Below, one piece after another: positions 22,737 to 36,041 of a stretch of DNA of 36,541 bases; position 1 is the stretch's first letter; each line of letters begins with the position of its first letter. The position numbers were made by a program, and so were the translations under genes. Origin of the DNA: a virus (Duplodnaviria > Heunggongvirae > Uroviricota > Caudoviricetes); IMG/VR virus record IMGVR_UViG_648276647_000007. The stretch is one strand, 5' to 3'. The notes below the pieces were generated by a model. It was not told the origin of the DNA, made no database searches, and saw nothing but the letters and a program-made list of their open reading frames with translations.

Positions 22737-23434
22737 TGCAGGATATCCGGCAGGAAACACTGAATGAATGCACCCGTGCGGAGCAGTCGGCCAGCGTGGT
22801 GCTCTGGGAAATCGACCTGACAGAGGTCGGTGGAGAACGTTATTTTTTCTGTAATGAGCAGAACGAAAAAGGTGAGCCGGTCACCTGGCAGGGGCGACAG
22901 TATCAGCCGTATCCCATTCAGGGGAGCGGTTTTGAACTGAATGGCAAAGGCACCAGTACGCGCCCCACGCTGACGGTTTCTAACCTGTACGGTATGGTCA
23001 CCGGGATGGCGGAAGATCTGCAGAGTCTGGTCGGCGGAACGGTGGTCCGGCGTAAGGTTTACGCCCGTTTTCTGGATGCGGTGAACTTCGTCAACGGAAA
23101 CAGTTATGCCGATCCGGAGCAGGAGGTGATCAGCCGCTGGCGCATTGAGCAGTGCAGCGAACTGAGCGCGGTGAGTGCCTCCTTTGTACTGTCCACGCCG
23201 ACGGAAACGGATGGCGCTGTTTTTCCGGGACGTATCATGCTGGCCAACACCTGCACCTGGACCTATCGCGGTGACGAGTGCGGTTATAGCGGTCCGGCTG
23301 TCGCGGATGAATATGACCAGCCAACGTCCGATATCACGAAGGATAAATGCAGCAAATGCCTGAGCGGTTGTAAGTTCCGCAATAACGTCGGCAACTTTGG
23401 CGGCTTCCTTTCCATTAACAAACTTTCGCAGTAA
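22736..23434 (+). CDS. L: Tail tip protein L
   Basis: 232 aa with C-terminal Cys cluster; lambda gpL. Confidence 0.9.
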   Translation: MQDIRQETLNECTRAEQSASVVLWEIDLTEVGGERYFFCNEQNEKGEPVTWQGRQYQPYPIQGSGFELNGKGTSTRPTLTVSNLYGMVTGMAEDLQSLVGGTVVRRKVYARFLDAVNFVNGNSYADPEQEVISRWRIEQCSELSAVSASFVLSTPTETDGAVFPGRIMLANTCTWTYRGDECGYSGPAVADEYDQPTSDITKDKCSKCLSGCKFRNNVGNFGGFLSINKLSQ

Positions 23435-23582
23435 TCCCATGACACAGACAGAATCAGCGATTCTGGCGCACGCCCGGCGATGTGCGCCAGCGGAGTCGTG
23501 TGGCTTCGTGGTGAGAACGCCGAAGGGGGAAAGATATTTTCCCTGCGTGAATATCTCCGGTGAGCCGGAGGCGTATTTCCGG

Positions 23583-24182
23583 ATGTCGCCGGAGGACTGG
23601 CTGCGGGCAGAGATGCAGGGTGAGATTGTGGCGCTGGTCCACAGCCACCCCGGTGGTCTGCCCTGGCTGAGTGAGGCTGACAGGCGGCTGCAGGTGCAGA
23701 GCGATTTGCCGTGGTGGCTGGTCTGCCGGGGTGAGATTCATAAATTCCGCTGTGTGCCGCATCTTACCGGGCGGCGCTTTGAGCACGGGGTGACGGACTG
23801 TTACACGCTGTTCCGGGATGCTTATCATCTGGCGGGGATTGAGATGCCGGATTTTCATCGCGGGGATGACTGGTGGCGTCACGGTCAGAATCTCTATCTG
23901 GATAATCTGGAGGCCACAGGGCTGTATCAGGTGCCGTTGTCATCAGCACAACCGGGCGATGTGCTGCTGTGCTGTTTTGGTTCATCGGTGCCGAATCATG
24001 CCGCCATTTACTGTGGTGATGGCGAGCTGCTGCACCATATTCCTGAACAACTGAGCAAACGAGAGAGGTATACCGACAAATGGCAGCGACGCACACACTC
24101 CCTCTGGCGTCACCGGGCATGGCACGCATCTGCCTTTACGGGGATTTGCAACGATTTGGCCGCCGCATCGATCTTCGTGTGA
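23583..24182 (+). CDS. K: Tail tip assembly protein K (JAB/MPN + NlpC/P60-like)
   Basis: 199 aa from MSPEDWL..., containing the HSHP metalloprotease-like motif. The frame is open upstream to 23397, so a longer N-terminus is possible. Confidence 0.8.
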   Translation: MSPEDWLRAEMQGEIVALVHSHPGGLPWLSEADRRLQVQSDLPWWLVCRGEIHKFRCVPHLTGRRFEHGVTDCYTLFRDAYHLAGIEMPDFHRGDDWWRHGQNLYLDNLEATGLYQVPLSSAQPGDVLLCCFGSSVPNHAAIYCGDGELLHHIPEQLSKRERYTDKWQRRTHSLWRHRAWHASAFTGICNDLAAASIFV

Positions 24183-24751
24183 AAACGGGGGCTGAAGCTA
24201 TCCGGGCGCTGGCCACACAGCTCCCGGCGTTTCGTCAGAAACTGAGCGACGGCTGGTATCAGGTACGGATTGCCGGGCGGGATGTCAGCACGTCCGGATT
24301 AACGGCGCAGTTACATGAGACTCTGCCTGATGGCGCTGTGATTCATATTGTTCCCAGAGTCGCCGGGGCCAAGTCAGGTGGTGTATTCCAGATTGTCCTG
24401 GGAGCTGCCGCCATTGCCGGATCATTCTTTACTGCCGGAGCCACCCTTGCAGCATGGGGGGCAGCCATTGGGGCCGGTGGTATGACCGGCATCCTGTTTT
24501 CTCTCGGTGCCAGTATGGTGCTCGGTGGTGTGGCGCAGATGCTGGCACCGAAAGCCAGAACTCCCCGCACACAGACAACGGATAACGGCAAACAGAACAC
24601 CTATTTTTCCTCACTGGATAACATGGTTGCTCAGGGCAATGTTTTGCCTGTTCTGTACGGTGAAATGCGTGTGGGGTCGCGGGTGGTTTCTCAGGAGATC
24701 AGCACGGCAGACGAAGGGGACGGTGGTCAGGTTGTGGTGATTGGTCGCTGA
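24080..24751 (+). CDS. I: Tail tip assembly protein I
   Basis: 223 aa with glycine/alanine-rich hydrophobic C-terminal half; lambda gpI; overlaps the K 3' end. Confidence 0.9.
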   Translation: MAATHTLPLASPGMARICLYGDLQRFGRRIDLRVKTGAEAIRALATQLPAFRQKLSDGWYQVRIAGRDVSTSGLTAQLHETLPDGAVIHIVPRVAGAKSGGVFQIVLGAAAIAGSFFTAGATLAAWGAAIGAGGMTGILFSLGASMVLGGVAQMLAPKARTPRTQTTDNGKQNTYFSSLDNMVAQGNVLPVLYGEMRVGSRVVSQEISTADEGDGGQVVVIGR

Positions 24752-24769
24752 TGCAAAATGTTTTATGTG

Positions 24770-24793
24770 AAACCGCCTCCGGGCGGTTTTATC
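24770..24793 (+). terminator. Hairpin aaaccgcc-tccg-ggcggttt + T-rich tract between I and J
   Basis: Perfect 8-bp stem then ttatcgttt; likely partial terminator or attenuator. Confidence 0.4.
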
Positions 24794-24808
24794 GTTTATG
24801 GAGCATGA

Positions 24809-28210
<3,402 letters not shown>

Positions 28211-28228
28211 ATTTTATAACCCAGATAC

Positions 28229-28254
28229 GGGCGCCAGAAATGGCGCCTTTTTTA
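28229..28254 (+). terminator. Intrinsic terminator after J (ggcgcc-agaaat-ggcgcc + T7)
   Basis: Perfect 6-bp GC stem followed by ttttttta immediately after the J stop. Confidence 0.7.
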
Positions 28255-28277
28255 TTGCAGAAAAGCGAGAGGTAATT

Positions 28278-28877
28278 ATGCGTAAATTATGTGCTGTTAT
28301 TCTGTCCGCAGTAGTCTTGCTGGTTGCCGCTGGTACGCCAGCGAGCGCAGCAGAGCATCAGTCCACACTAAGCGCCGGGTATCTTCAGACCCATACTGAT
28401 ATGCCAGGCAGTGATGACCTGAAGGGCATTAACGTGAAATACCGTTATGAATTTACGGACACGCTGGGGCTGGTGACGTCATTCAGTTATGCCAATGCCA
28501 AAGATGAGCAAAAAACGCATTACAGCGATACCCGCTGGCATGAAGATTCCGTGCGTAACCGCTGGTTCAGCATGATGGCGGGGCCATCAGTACGCGTGAA
28601 TGAATGGTTCAGTGCTTATGCGATGGCGGGTATGGCTTACAGCCGTGTGTCGACCTTCTCCGGGGATTATCTCCGCGTAACTGACAACAAGGGGAAAACG
28701 CACGATGTGCTGACCGGAAGTGATGACGGTCGCCACAGCAACACGTCTCTGGCGTGGGGGGCTGGCGTGCAGTTTAACCCGACCGAATCCGTGGCCATTG
28801 ACCTTGCTTATGAAGGTTCCGGCAGTGGTGACTGGCGCACTGACGGTTTCATCGTGGGTGCCGGTTATAAATTCTGA
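28278..28877 (+). CDS. lom: Lom outer-membrane protein (Ail/Lom/OmpX family)
   Basis: 199 aa with signal peptide and C-terminal ...GSGDWRTDGFIVGAGYKF beta-barrel terminus, as in lambda Lom. Confidence 0.85.
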   Translation: MRKLCAVILSAVVLLVAAGTPASAAEHQSTLSAGYLQTHTDMPGSDDLKGINVKYRYEFTDTLGLVTSFSYANAKDEQKTHYSDTRWHEDSVRNRWFSMMAGPSVRVNEWFSAYAMAGMAYSRVSTFSGDYLRVTDNKGKTHDVLTGSDDGRHSNTSLAWGAGVQFNPTESVAIDLAYEGSGSGDWRTDGFIVGAGYKF

Positions 28878-28903
28878 TTAGCCAGGTAACACAGTGTTAT
28901 GAC

Positions 28904-28931
28904 AGCCCGCCGGTTCAGGCGGGCTTTTTTG
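28904..28931 (+). terminator. Intrinsic terminator after lom (agcccgcc-ggttc-aggcgggct + T6)
   Basis: 8-9 bp GC-rich stem followed by tttttt. Confidence 0.7.
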
Positions 28932-28935
28932 TGGA

Positions 28936-30693
28936 GTGGATATGGTAGCAGTAAAAATCTCAGGTGTGCTGAAAGATGGTGCGGGAAAACCAATACAGAA
29001 CTGCACTATTCAACTGAAGGCAAAGCGTAACAGCACCACGGTACTGGTGAACACGGTGGCATCTGAAAATCCTGATGAAGCCGGGCGTTACAGTATGGAT
29101 GTTGAGTATGGCCAGTACAGCGTCACCCTGCTGGTTGAAGGTTTTCCGCCTTCACATGCCGGGACCATTACCGTCTATGAAGGTTCCAGACCAGGTACGC
29201 TGAATGATTTTCTCGGTGCCATGACGGAAGATGATGTCATGCCGGAGGCATTGCGTCGTTTTGAGGAAATGGTGGAAGAAGCGGCACGCAACGCCGAAGC
29301 CGCCTCTCAGAGCGCAGCGGCGGCAAAGAAATCCGAAACTGCATCGGCAGCAAGCCAGACAGCAGCTAAAGCAAGTGAAGACGCAGCCAGAGAGTATGCA
29401 AGTCAGGCAGCAGAGCCGTATAAATATGTCTTACAGCCACTGCCTGATGTGTGGATACCGTTTAACGATTCACTGGATATGATTACGGGTTTTTCGCCAT
29501 CTTATAAAAAGATAGTTATTGGTGACGATGAAATAACAATGCCAGGCGACAAGATTGTTAAGTTTAAACGTGCTTCAACAGCAACGTATATTAATAAGTC
29601 CGGCCAACTCAAGCTTGCTGAAGTTGACGAACCGCGATTTGAGCGCGATGGCTTATTGATTGAAGGACAGAGGACAAATTATCTGAGGAACTCAAATAAA
29701 CCAGACTCATGGACTGTTCATTCCGCACTGAATAAAACATTTGGCACTGATAAACAGGGGTTCAATTATGCCACGGTGACACCCACGGAAAGTATAGTGG
29801 GAACAACAGGTGGCTATACTGTGCATGGTGTGGTTGCAGCAGACAGATTCCCGCTGGCAAGTGGTGAATGTTTCACTTTTTCGTGCCGGGTTAAAGGCGC
29901 TAAAGCACGATGCAGGTTAAGAGTTTCAGTTATTATTGGTGGAACAGATACCTTCTCTGCTGACTCTTATCTTGATCTGGATACCCGGATCGCAACAGTA
30001 AGCGGTAATACATCCCTTATAACAGCCAAAGCTGAACAACAGGGCGAGTGGACCTACTATGAGGCCACTTATACAGCTAATACGGACATTGATACCGTTA
30101 ACTGTGCTTTTTATATGACAAATAAAATAAGTAATGAGACATTCTATGATGACTCAACATTAACCATGACGACGCCGCAAATTGAACTGGGCAATACGGC
30201 ATCGTCATTTATTGTAACTACAATGCCAACAACACGCGCAAGTGATGTAGTTACTATCCCATCGCAGAATAACCTGTCAACACGGCCTTTTACGGTATTG
30301 TGCGAAGTAAGCAGGAACTGGAGTACACCGCCCAATGTTGCGCCAAGGATATTTGATGTTGGAGGGCACAGTATTGATGATAATTATTTATCGCTGGGGT
30401 TTGTTGCAACAGGAAAGATAAGCGCCAACGTAGGAATGGTTCAGCCACAAATTGCCTCAGATGGAGAAAGGTTCATTGTGGGTGTGAGAGCTAAATCTGA
30501 TTTATCAGTAAATGCAATATGCAATGGTAATTATACAACAAACCTTAATGGTAAAATATTTGGAGTTACAGCAACATCGTACCGGTTTGGTGGGCAGACC
30601 GCAGCAGGAACGCGTCATTTGTTTGGACACATCAGAAATTTCAGAGTCTGGTTTAAAGAATTAAATGACAGGCAAATCAAGGAGGCAGTATGA
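28936..30693 (+). CDS. stf: Side tail fibre protein with lambda Stf-like N-terminus and divergent C-terminal receptor-binding domain (possibly LamG/concanavalin-like)
   Basis: First ~150 aa (MAVKISGVLKDGAGKPIQNCTIQLKAKRNSTT...SMDVEYGQYSV...) resemble lambda Stf; the rest lacks the long Ala/Ser-rich shaft and ends in a G.IRNFRVW...L.DRQI-like motif. Confidence 0.7.
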   Translation: MDMVAVKISGVLKDGAGKPIQNCTIQLKAKRNSTTVLVNTVASENPDEAGRYSMDVEYGQYSVTLLVEGFPPSHAGTITVYEGSRPGTLNDFLGAMTEDDVMPEALRRFEEMVEEAARNAEAASQSAAAAKKSETASAASQTAAKASEDAAREYASQAAEPYKYVLQPLPDVWIPFNDSLDMITGFSPSYKKIVIGDDEITMPGDKIVKFKRASTATYINKSGQLKLAEVDEPRFERDGLLIEGQRTNYLRNSNKPDSWTVHSALNKTFGTDKQGFNYATVTPTESIVGTTGGYTVHGVVAADRFPLASGECFTFSCRVKGAKARCRLRVSVIIGGTDTFSADSYLDLDTRIATVSGNTSLITAKAEQQGEWTYYEATYTANTDIDTVNCAFYMTNKISNETFYDDSTLTMTTPQIELGNTASSFIVTTMPTTRASDVVTIPSQNNLSTRPFTVLCEVSRNWSTPPNVAPRIFDVGGHSIDDNYLSLGFVATGKISANVGMVQPQIASDGERFIVGVRAKSDLSVNAICNGNYTTNLNGKIFGVTATSYRFGGQTAAGTRHLFGHIRNFRVWFKELNDRQIKEAV

Positions 30694-30968
30694 AAGATTT
30701 AACTTTGAAATTTCCTGGTAACAGAGAGTTTAAATCCTTCCTGTCATCTCTTGACTGGGAGGAGGATGAAGACCTCCAGAATAAACTGTTAGTCGATGAA
30801 ATTGGTTTCACCTACACAGAAACAGGGGTAACAGAAGAGGGAGAACCTGTCTGTGTCCGGAATGACGGTTATTTTGTCAACATTCGCATTCTTGATGACT
30901 TGTTTGATGTTTCTGTATTCTCTGATTATGTCGTGGAGCTGGAAACACCGCTTCGGGAATGGAGCTGA
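30690..30968 (+). CDS. Hypothetical acidic protein (92 aa), translationally coupled to the tail fibre gene
   Basis: ATGA overlap with the stf stop; sits where a tail fibre assembly gene would be expected but is smaller than typical Tfa proteins. Confidence 0.45.
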   Translation: MKDLTLKFPGNREFKSFLSSLDWEEDEDLQNKLLVDEIGFTYTETGVTEEGEPVCVRNDGYFVNIRILDDLFDVSVFSDYVVELETPLREWS

Positions 30969-30980
30969 AAGGAGGAAATA

Positions 30981-31274
30981 ATGGATATAAGCCCCTTACT
31001 TCATGCACTTTGTGCTGTGGCTGCGCAGATACTGGTTGGTCTTTTTACCGGAAACTGGGCTTACGGAGCGATAGCCGGTTGTACGTTCTTCATTGCGCGT
31101 GAACATACCCAGGCAGAATATCGCTGGATTGAAATGTTCGGGCATGGCAAGCGAATGAATATGCCGTGGTGGGGCGGTTTTGATCCGCGAGCTTGGGATG
31201 TGGCAAGCCTGATGGATTTTGCTGTGCCGGTGGTGGCGTGTCTGCTGGTCTGGCTGTTGGTTAATCGTGGGTGA
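30981..31274 (+). CDS. Hypothetical small membrane protein (97 aa, two predicted TM helices)
   Basis: Strong RBS (gaaaggaggaaataATG); hydrophobic N- and C-terminal segments flanking a W/R-rich loop. Confidence 0.45.
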   Translation: MDISPLLHALCAVAAQILVGLFTGNWAYGAIAGCTFFIAREHTQAEYRWIEMFGHGKRMNMPWWGGFDPRAWDVASLMDFAVPVVACLLVWLLVNRG

Positions 31275-31365
31275 AAAAAGGTGAGCTGTATATGCAACGG
31301 AGGAAGAAACCCCGTTGCTGGAAGCCAGGAAAAAGTATCGGGTGTTGCTGTCCTCGGATGTTGTG

Positions 31366-32223
31366 CTAATTGGGTGATAACAGATCCTGTGTATGGGAGT
31401 TTCCCTTTTTGCGTGCGTTGATGCTGGTAACGGCAAACGTCATGATGAACAAAACCGCGAATAAGACGACAATCGTCGGAGCTGGTGCGCTGTCGATAAA
31501 AAAGGACAACCAGACACCAGTCATTGACACTATTACCGATATGCCAGTCGCCAGTAGGAGCGCAATATGAAAGCGTTGTGTCAGGAGTACCGCAATGGCG
31601 CCAGGCGCAATGAGCAGAGAAATGGAGAGAATGATACCTACCGCTTTCAGCGTCGCCACAATGGTCAGAGAGACCATGCACAGCAGCCCATAATGCAGCC
31701 ATCTCGTATGCAAACCGCTTACCTGCGCCTGTTGATAATCAAAGCTGAACAGCAAAAAATCCCGCCATTTTACGCTAATAACAAGTGTAACCAGCCCGGC
31801 AATAATCATCGTCTGGATTATATCGCCGATGGTTATCCCGAGCATGTCGCCGAAAAGAATATGGTCAAGATGTACGTCTGGTTTGACTGCAATATACAAG
31901 ATCAGACCTGCGGCAAACATGCCAGAAAAAACAATCCCCATCACTGTATCTTGCTTGATTCGGCTGTTGTCTTTCAGGTATCCCGTCGCCACCGCACAGA
32001 ATACTCCGGCGACGAATGCCCCTGTAGCCAAAGGTAACCCCAGAATCCAGGCAAGCACGATGCCAGGAAAAACCGCATGACTCATCGCGTCACCCATCAG
32101 TGCCCAACCTTTCAGGACCAGAAAGACCGACAGCAGCGCACAGGGTATGGAAACTACCAGTGAAATCAGCAGTGCGTGACTCATAAAGGTGAACTGCAGT
32201 GGCTCCAGTAATAATGCCATCAT
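31366..32223 (-). CDS. sitD: Mn/Fe ABC transporter permease SitD (ABC-3 family)
   Basis: 285 aa polytopic membrane protein, last gene of a four-gene minus-strand operon with overlapping start/stop codons; paralogous to the adjacent permease. Confidence 0.8.
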   Translation of the reverse strand: MMALLLEPLQFTFMSHALLISLVVSIPCALLSVFLVLKGWALMGDAMSHAVFPGIVLAWILGLPLATGAFVAGVFCAVATGYLKDNSRIKQDTVMGIVFSGMFAAGLILYIAVKPDVHLDHILFGDMLGITIGDIIQTMIIAGLVTLVISVKWRDFLLFSFDYQQAQVSGLHTRWLHYGLLCMVSLTIVATLKAVGIILSISLLIAPGAIAVLLTQRFHIALLLATGISVIVSMTGVWLSFFIDSAPAPTIVVLFAVLFIMTFAVTSINARKKGNSHTQDLLSPN

Positions 32224-33077
32224 GAGCGATCCTCCAGCGCCTTATGCGCACGCCGACGATTTGCCAAAAGCCCATGGGTGGGCGCAAAGACAAATGCTAA
32301 AAGAAACAGCAGTGTCTGCGCCACCACGATGATTCCACCTGTCGCGCCGTCCAGAAAGTAACTGACCCACGCGCCGAGGAAACTGGTTACACTGCCAATA
32401 GTTACAGCAATCATGAGCAGGCGGGGAAAACGATCGGTTAACAACCATGCTGTTGCACCGGGAGTCACCACCAGACAGATCACCAGAAAGGCACCAACCG
32501 TTTGCAGCGCCGCAACGGTCGAAACCGACAGCAGGGTGAAGAAGAGGAGTTTTAATCTGCCCGGATGCAATCCAATAGCACGGGCGTGATTCTCGTCGAA
32601 AAAGGTCACCATAAGATCTTTCCATTTGAAAAAAAGCACGATGATCGAGAGAATGCCAATGATAGTGAGTTGCAGGATATCCGCCGGATCGATTGCCAGA
32701 ATATTGCCCAGGACGATGGTCTGAATGTTCACAGATGTCGGGTTCAATGACACCATAAACAGCCCCAGGCCAAAAAAGGACGAGAAGATCAGACCGATGA
32801 TGGCATCTTCTTTTAAGCGGGTGCGTTGGTTAAGAAACAGCATGCTGCCCGCAGCCAGTCCGCCGGAAAAGAAGGCTCCCAGAGAAAACGGAAGCCCCAG
32901 CATATATGCCCCCGCAACACCCGGGACAATAGAGTGCGACAACGCATCGCCAATCAGCGACCAGCCTTTTAGCATCAGATAGCATGACAGGAAAGCGCAG
33001 AGACCGCCGACCATCGCCGAGACCCACATCGCATTGAGCATATATTCATAGCTGAAGGGTTCCAGTAGCACGTTCAT
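32220..33077 (-). CDS. sitC: Mn/Fe ABC transporter permease SitC (ABC-3 family)
   Basis: 285 aa polytopic membrane protein; operon position. Confidence 0.8.
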   Translation of the reverse strand: MNVLLEPFSYEYMLNAMWVSAMVGGLCAFLSCYLMLKGWSLIGDALSHSIVPGVAGAYMLGLPFSLGAFFSGGLAAGSMLFLNQRTRLKEDAIIGLIFSSFFGLGLFMVSLNPTSVNIQTIVLGNILAIDPADILQLTIIGILSIIVLFFKWKDLMVTFFDENHARAIGLHPGRLKLLFFTLLSVSTVAALQTVGAFLVICLVVTPGATAWLLTDRFPRLLMIAVTIGSVTSFLGAWVSYFLDGATGGIIVVAQTLLFLLAFVFAPTHGLLANRRRAHKALEDRS

Positions 33078-33901
33078 CTTTCTTCCCTCTGCACCGCTGA
33101 CGGTCGATGAGCCACAAAAGGGCGTTCATCGTCAGTAATAATGCTTTCTTCCGAGCCGTTAAGTGTGACATGGCGCAGTACGCCGCTAAAAGCCAGCTCT
33201 AGGTTCTCGGCTGTAAAAGTGGTGTCTGTCGGCCCGCTTGCCAGGACGGTGCCTTTGACCATGACCGTATAATCGCAAAATGTCGTGACGGATCCGAGAT
33301 TGTGTGTTGAGACAAGCATCGTTTTGCCTTCCGCGCGTAACTCCCTCAACAGGCTGATGATTTTGGCTTCGGTTTTCACATCAACGCCAGTAAAAGGTTC
33401 ATCCAGCAGGATCACATCACCCTGCTGTGCAATCGCTCTCGCCAGAAAGACGCGTTTCTTTTGTCCACCGGAAAGCTCGCCGATTTGTCGATGGCGAAAA
33501 TTCACCATATCGACACGTTCCAGCGCATCGGTGACAATTTGACGATCCCTCTTTTTGGCGATACGCAACATACCCATATGCCCATAGCGGCCCATCATCA
33601 CCACATCTTCCACCAGTACAGGAAATGACCAGTCAACATCTTCTGACTGAGGGACGTAGGCAACCAGGTTTTTCTGTAACGCCTGTCGCGTGGGAATACC
33701 CAGAACAGATATCTTTCCGCTGGTCAGACGCACAAATCCCATAATCGCTTTAAACAACGTCGATTTTCCGGAACCGTTTACCCCAACCAGAGCGGCAATA
33801 GATCCACTTGGTACTGTGAAGGATGCATCGCGCAGTGCTGTGTGCCCGTTACGCCAGGTGACAGTAACATCATTAACGACAATGCCTGCAGATTGCATCA
33901 T
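33074..33901 (-). CDS. sitB: Mn/Fe ABC transporter ATP-binding protein SitB
   Basis: 275 aa; Walker [13 protein letters not shown] signature LSGGQ, Walker B ILLDEP. Confidence 0.85.
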   Translation of the reverse strand: MMQSAGIVVNDVTVTWRNGHTALRDASFTVPSGSIAALVGVNGSGKSTLFKAIMGFVRLTSGKISVLGIPTRQALQKNLVAYVPQSEDVDWSFPVLVEDVVMMGRYGHMGMLRIAKKRDRQIVTDALERVDMVNFRHRQIGELSGGQKKRVFLARAIAQQGDVILLDEPFTGVDVKTEAKIISLLRELRAEGKTMLVSTHNLGSVTTFCDYTVMVKGTVLASGPTDTTFTAENLELAFSGVLRHVTLNGSEESIITDDERPFVAHRPSAVQREER

Positions 33902-34815
33902 TATTTCTCCCTTTTCCCAGCTTTAATTCCCTGTACCAGCGTACTGGTAGTAACCTTAAGAAGGTCGATATACGTCGGTACCGGGCCGTTTTCTGTGCTC
34001 AGGGAATCGACATAGAGCACACCGCCGTAGTGTGCGCCGGTTTCACGCGCAACCTGACGCGCTGGTTTATCGGAAATCGTACTCTCGCTAAAGACTGCCG
34101 GGATATGATTTTTCTTAACTATATCAACAACCTTACGTACCTGCTGCGGTGTTCCTTGTTGATCGGCATTAATCGGCCACAGATAAAGCTCTTTTAGCCC
34201 CAAATCGCGTGCGAGATAAGAAAAAGCCCCTTCACTGGTGACCATCCATCGCTGATTCTCAGGGAGTTCCGTAATCTGCTTACGCAGGGGGGCAAGGATT
34301 TGGGTAATCTTGGCTTTATAAGTATCGGCATTGCGTTGGTAGGTTTGTGCATTTGCCGGATCGTATTTTATCAACGCATCACGAATATTATCGACGTAAA
34401 TCAGAGCATTATCTGGCGACATCCATGCATGGGGGTTAGGTTTGCCCTCATAGGGTCCTTCGGTGATCCCTACAGGCGTCACACCCGAAGAGACAATTAC
34501 TTCTGGAACCCCATTGAGATGCTGGTAAAAGCGTTGGAACCACAATTCCAGATTCATACCATTGGCAAGAATCAGTTGTGCCCCCTGCGCACGTTTAATA
34601 TCGCCAGGGGTAGGCTGATACTCATGAATTTCTGCACCAGGCTTGGTTATGGATGAGACTTCTGCAGCATCTCCCGCCACGTTTTTGGCCATATCCGCGA
34701 TGATGGTAAATGTTGTAATGACCTTGAATTTTTCAGTTGCACTTGCCTGAAATGCGATCGAGCAGGTGAGTGCGAGCCCCCCCAAGAGCATGGTTACTTT
34801 TTTTATCGAGTGCAT
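33901..34815 (-). CDS. sitA: Periplasmic Mn/Fe-binding protein SitA (TroA/cluster-9 substrate-binding protein)
   Basis: 304 aa with signal peptide; first gene of the operon. Sit/Yfe/Mnt family by motif recall; exact orthologue name unverified. Confidence 0.8.
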   Translation of the reverse strand: MHSIKKVTMLLGGLALTCSIAFQASATEKFKVITTFTIIADMAKNVAGDAAEVSSITKPGAEIHEYQPTPGDIKRAQGAQLILANGMNLELWFQRFYQHLNGVPEVIVSSGVTPVGITEGPYEGKPNPHAWMSPDNALIYVDNIRDALIKYDPANAQTYQRNADTYKAKITQILAPLRKQITELPENQRWMVTSEGAFSYLARDLGLKELYLWPINADQQGTPQQVRKVVDIVKKNHIPAVFSESTISDKPARQVARETGAHYGGVLYVDSLSTENGPVPTYIDLLKVTTSTLVQGIKAGKREK

Positions 34816-34847
34816 AATTTAGTACCTATAGTGAGCAAAATTAGAAC

Positions 34848-34869
34848 AAACATAGCAACGGCTATGTTT
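34848..34869 (-). promoter_or_regulatory. Candidate MntR operator (palindrome aaacatagc-aacg-gctatgttt) upstream of sitA
   Basis: Perfect 9-bp inverted repeat matching the enterobacterial MntR-box consensus as I remember it, about 35-55 bp upstream of the sitA start. Confidence 0.5.
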
Positions 34870-34888
34870 TATAGCACAGCCTATACAA

Positions 34889-34909
34889 AATGAAAATGAT
34901 TATCATTAG
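34889..34909 (-). promoter_or_regulatory. Candidate Fur box (aaaatgattatcattagc) upstream of sitA
   Basis: 13 of 14 match to the AATGATAATCATT core of the Fur consensus GATAATGATAATCATTATC. Confidence 0.5.
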
Positions 34910-35513
34910 CAGCTTTGAGGCCCAAAACAGGGATTAGGTTGTTTCCTGCTGGCGACGCGTTATTGAGGAAAAAAGTAAGGCAGCTAGTAGGCTTTGAAAT
35001 AACGTTTTGCGGTTGGCTGATGCAATTTCGAGAGTGCATGTATTGAATGATTTCTAGCCGTTACTGATTTTCGTATTTTTTGTATGGGAGGATTTGCACC
35101 TCCCCCCACCGAGCCTCCATGACTTTACTCCACTGTCTCTAGGGCTGCTGTGTGCCAGGAGCGGAAGCAGGGGGGCCAGAGACTCCTTAAAAGTTGATAG
35201 CTCGTTTTGCAGGGAGACTTACACGGTAAGCGTTATTCCGAAGAGCTTAAAATTGAAGCAGTCAAACGGGTTGTTGAGCGTGTTTATGCGCTGCCATCTG
35301 ATTAATCGACGGAAGCAGTTCCGTTTGGTCTATGATGCAGTTGTCCGGCAGGCGCTCTGTGACGCAAAAGAACGATAGGAGTAGCATTGAAGTGAACGAG
35401 GTTATGCTTGTCTTATATTATCCTCTATTTTAAAAACATCAGCTGGTTGTGTAAGAGTTTTTATTGTTTTATCTTGTTGACTTTGCTTTTATGAAAACAG
35501 AGTGATTGATACA

Positions 35514-36041
35514 ATGAAAACCTTAAGTGGGAAAGAGTTTAGGAAATTATTTAATCGTTATGAGACAGGATTCTATCTAAGTGAGTTTGAATACTTAAAG
35601 GACTTTGATCCTTTGTTTCCTGAATGCGTAGGGAAAGAATTAAAGTTGGGTTATAAACGAAAAGTTGATGTATGGTGCGAAGAGGATGCTGCGCTATATG
35701 CAGAATTTATAGCTACAAAAGAAAGGCTGAAAAGAGGCCGGTTAATCCTAAAAATAAACCAAGTGTGGTCGCGTGTATATCCTGCTTATATTTATGCAAT
35801 TGAAGAAAGAATAAATGTCAGGGCAAAGGGGAGAGAGTCATTTAAGTATGAAACTGTGCAAGAAAAACAATGTAAACTTTCCATAATGTTAGATGGTCTG
35901 AAAGACCTTGAATGTGAAATAGCTATGATTTCAAGTGAGTTTGAAATTGAAAAACACTCTATGCACTATTTTTATATGATTTTTGATATTGAACGCTATA
36001 TAAATGACTGCAGTTACTTTGTTTTTTCTGGGCTTTGTTGA
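35514..36041 (+). CDS. Hypothetical protein in an AT-rich island; 3' end apparently replaced by the IS end
   Basis: ORF 35502-36041 (first ATG at 35514). Region is visibly AT-rich relative to the rest of the window. The last codons and the TGA stop (36039-36041) lie inside the IS terminal repeat starting at 36031. Confidence 0.4.
   Translation: MKTLSGKEFRKLFNRYETGFYLSEFEYLKDFDPLFPECVGKELKLGYKRKVDVWCEEDAALYAEFIATKERLKRGRLILKINQVWSRVYPAYIYAIEERINVRAKGRESFKYETVQEKQCKLSIMLDGLKDLECEIAMISSEFEIEKHSMHYFYMIFDIERYINDCSYFVFSGLC

Noticed and set aside
22003-23440. Minus-strand ORFs of 221, 132 and 268 aa overlapping H, M and L
   Set aside because: Antisense to well-supported tail genes; not conserved-looking; arginine/proline-rich translation typical of spurious frames.
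31061-32080. ORFs on both strands overlapping sitD (e.g. 31061-31702 minus, 31567-32037 plus)
   Set aside because: The polytopic permease frame (31366-32223, minus) is the coherent one and is operon-coupled; the others are out-of-frame or antisense artefacts.
35094-35378. 94-aa plus-strand ORF
   Set aside because: No RBS; overlaps an IS3-like OrfA remnant in another frame; composition looks non-coding.
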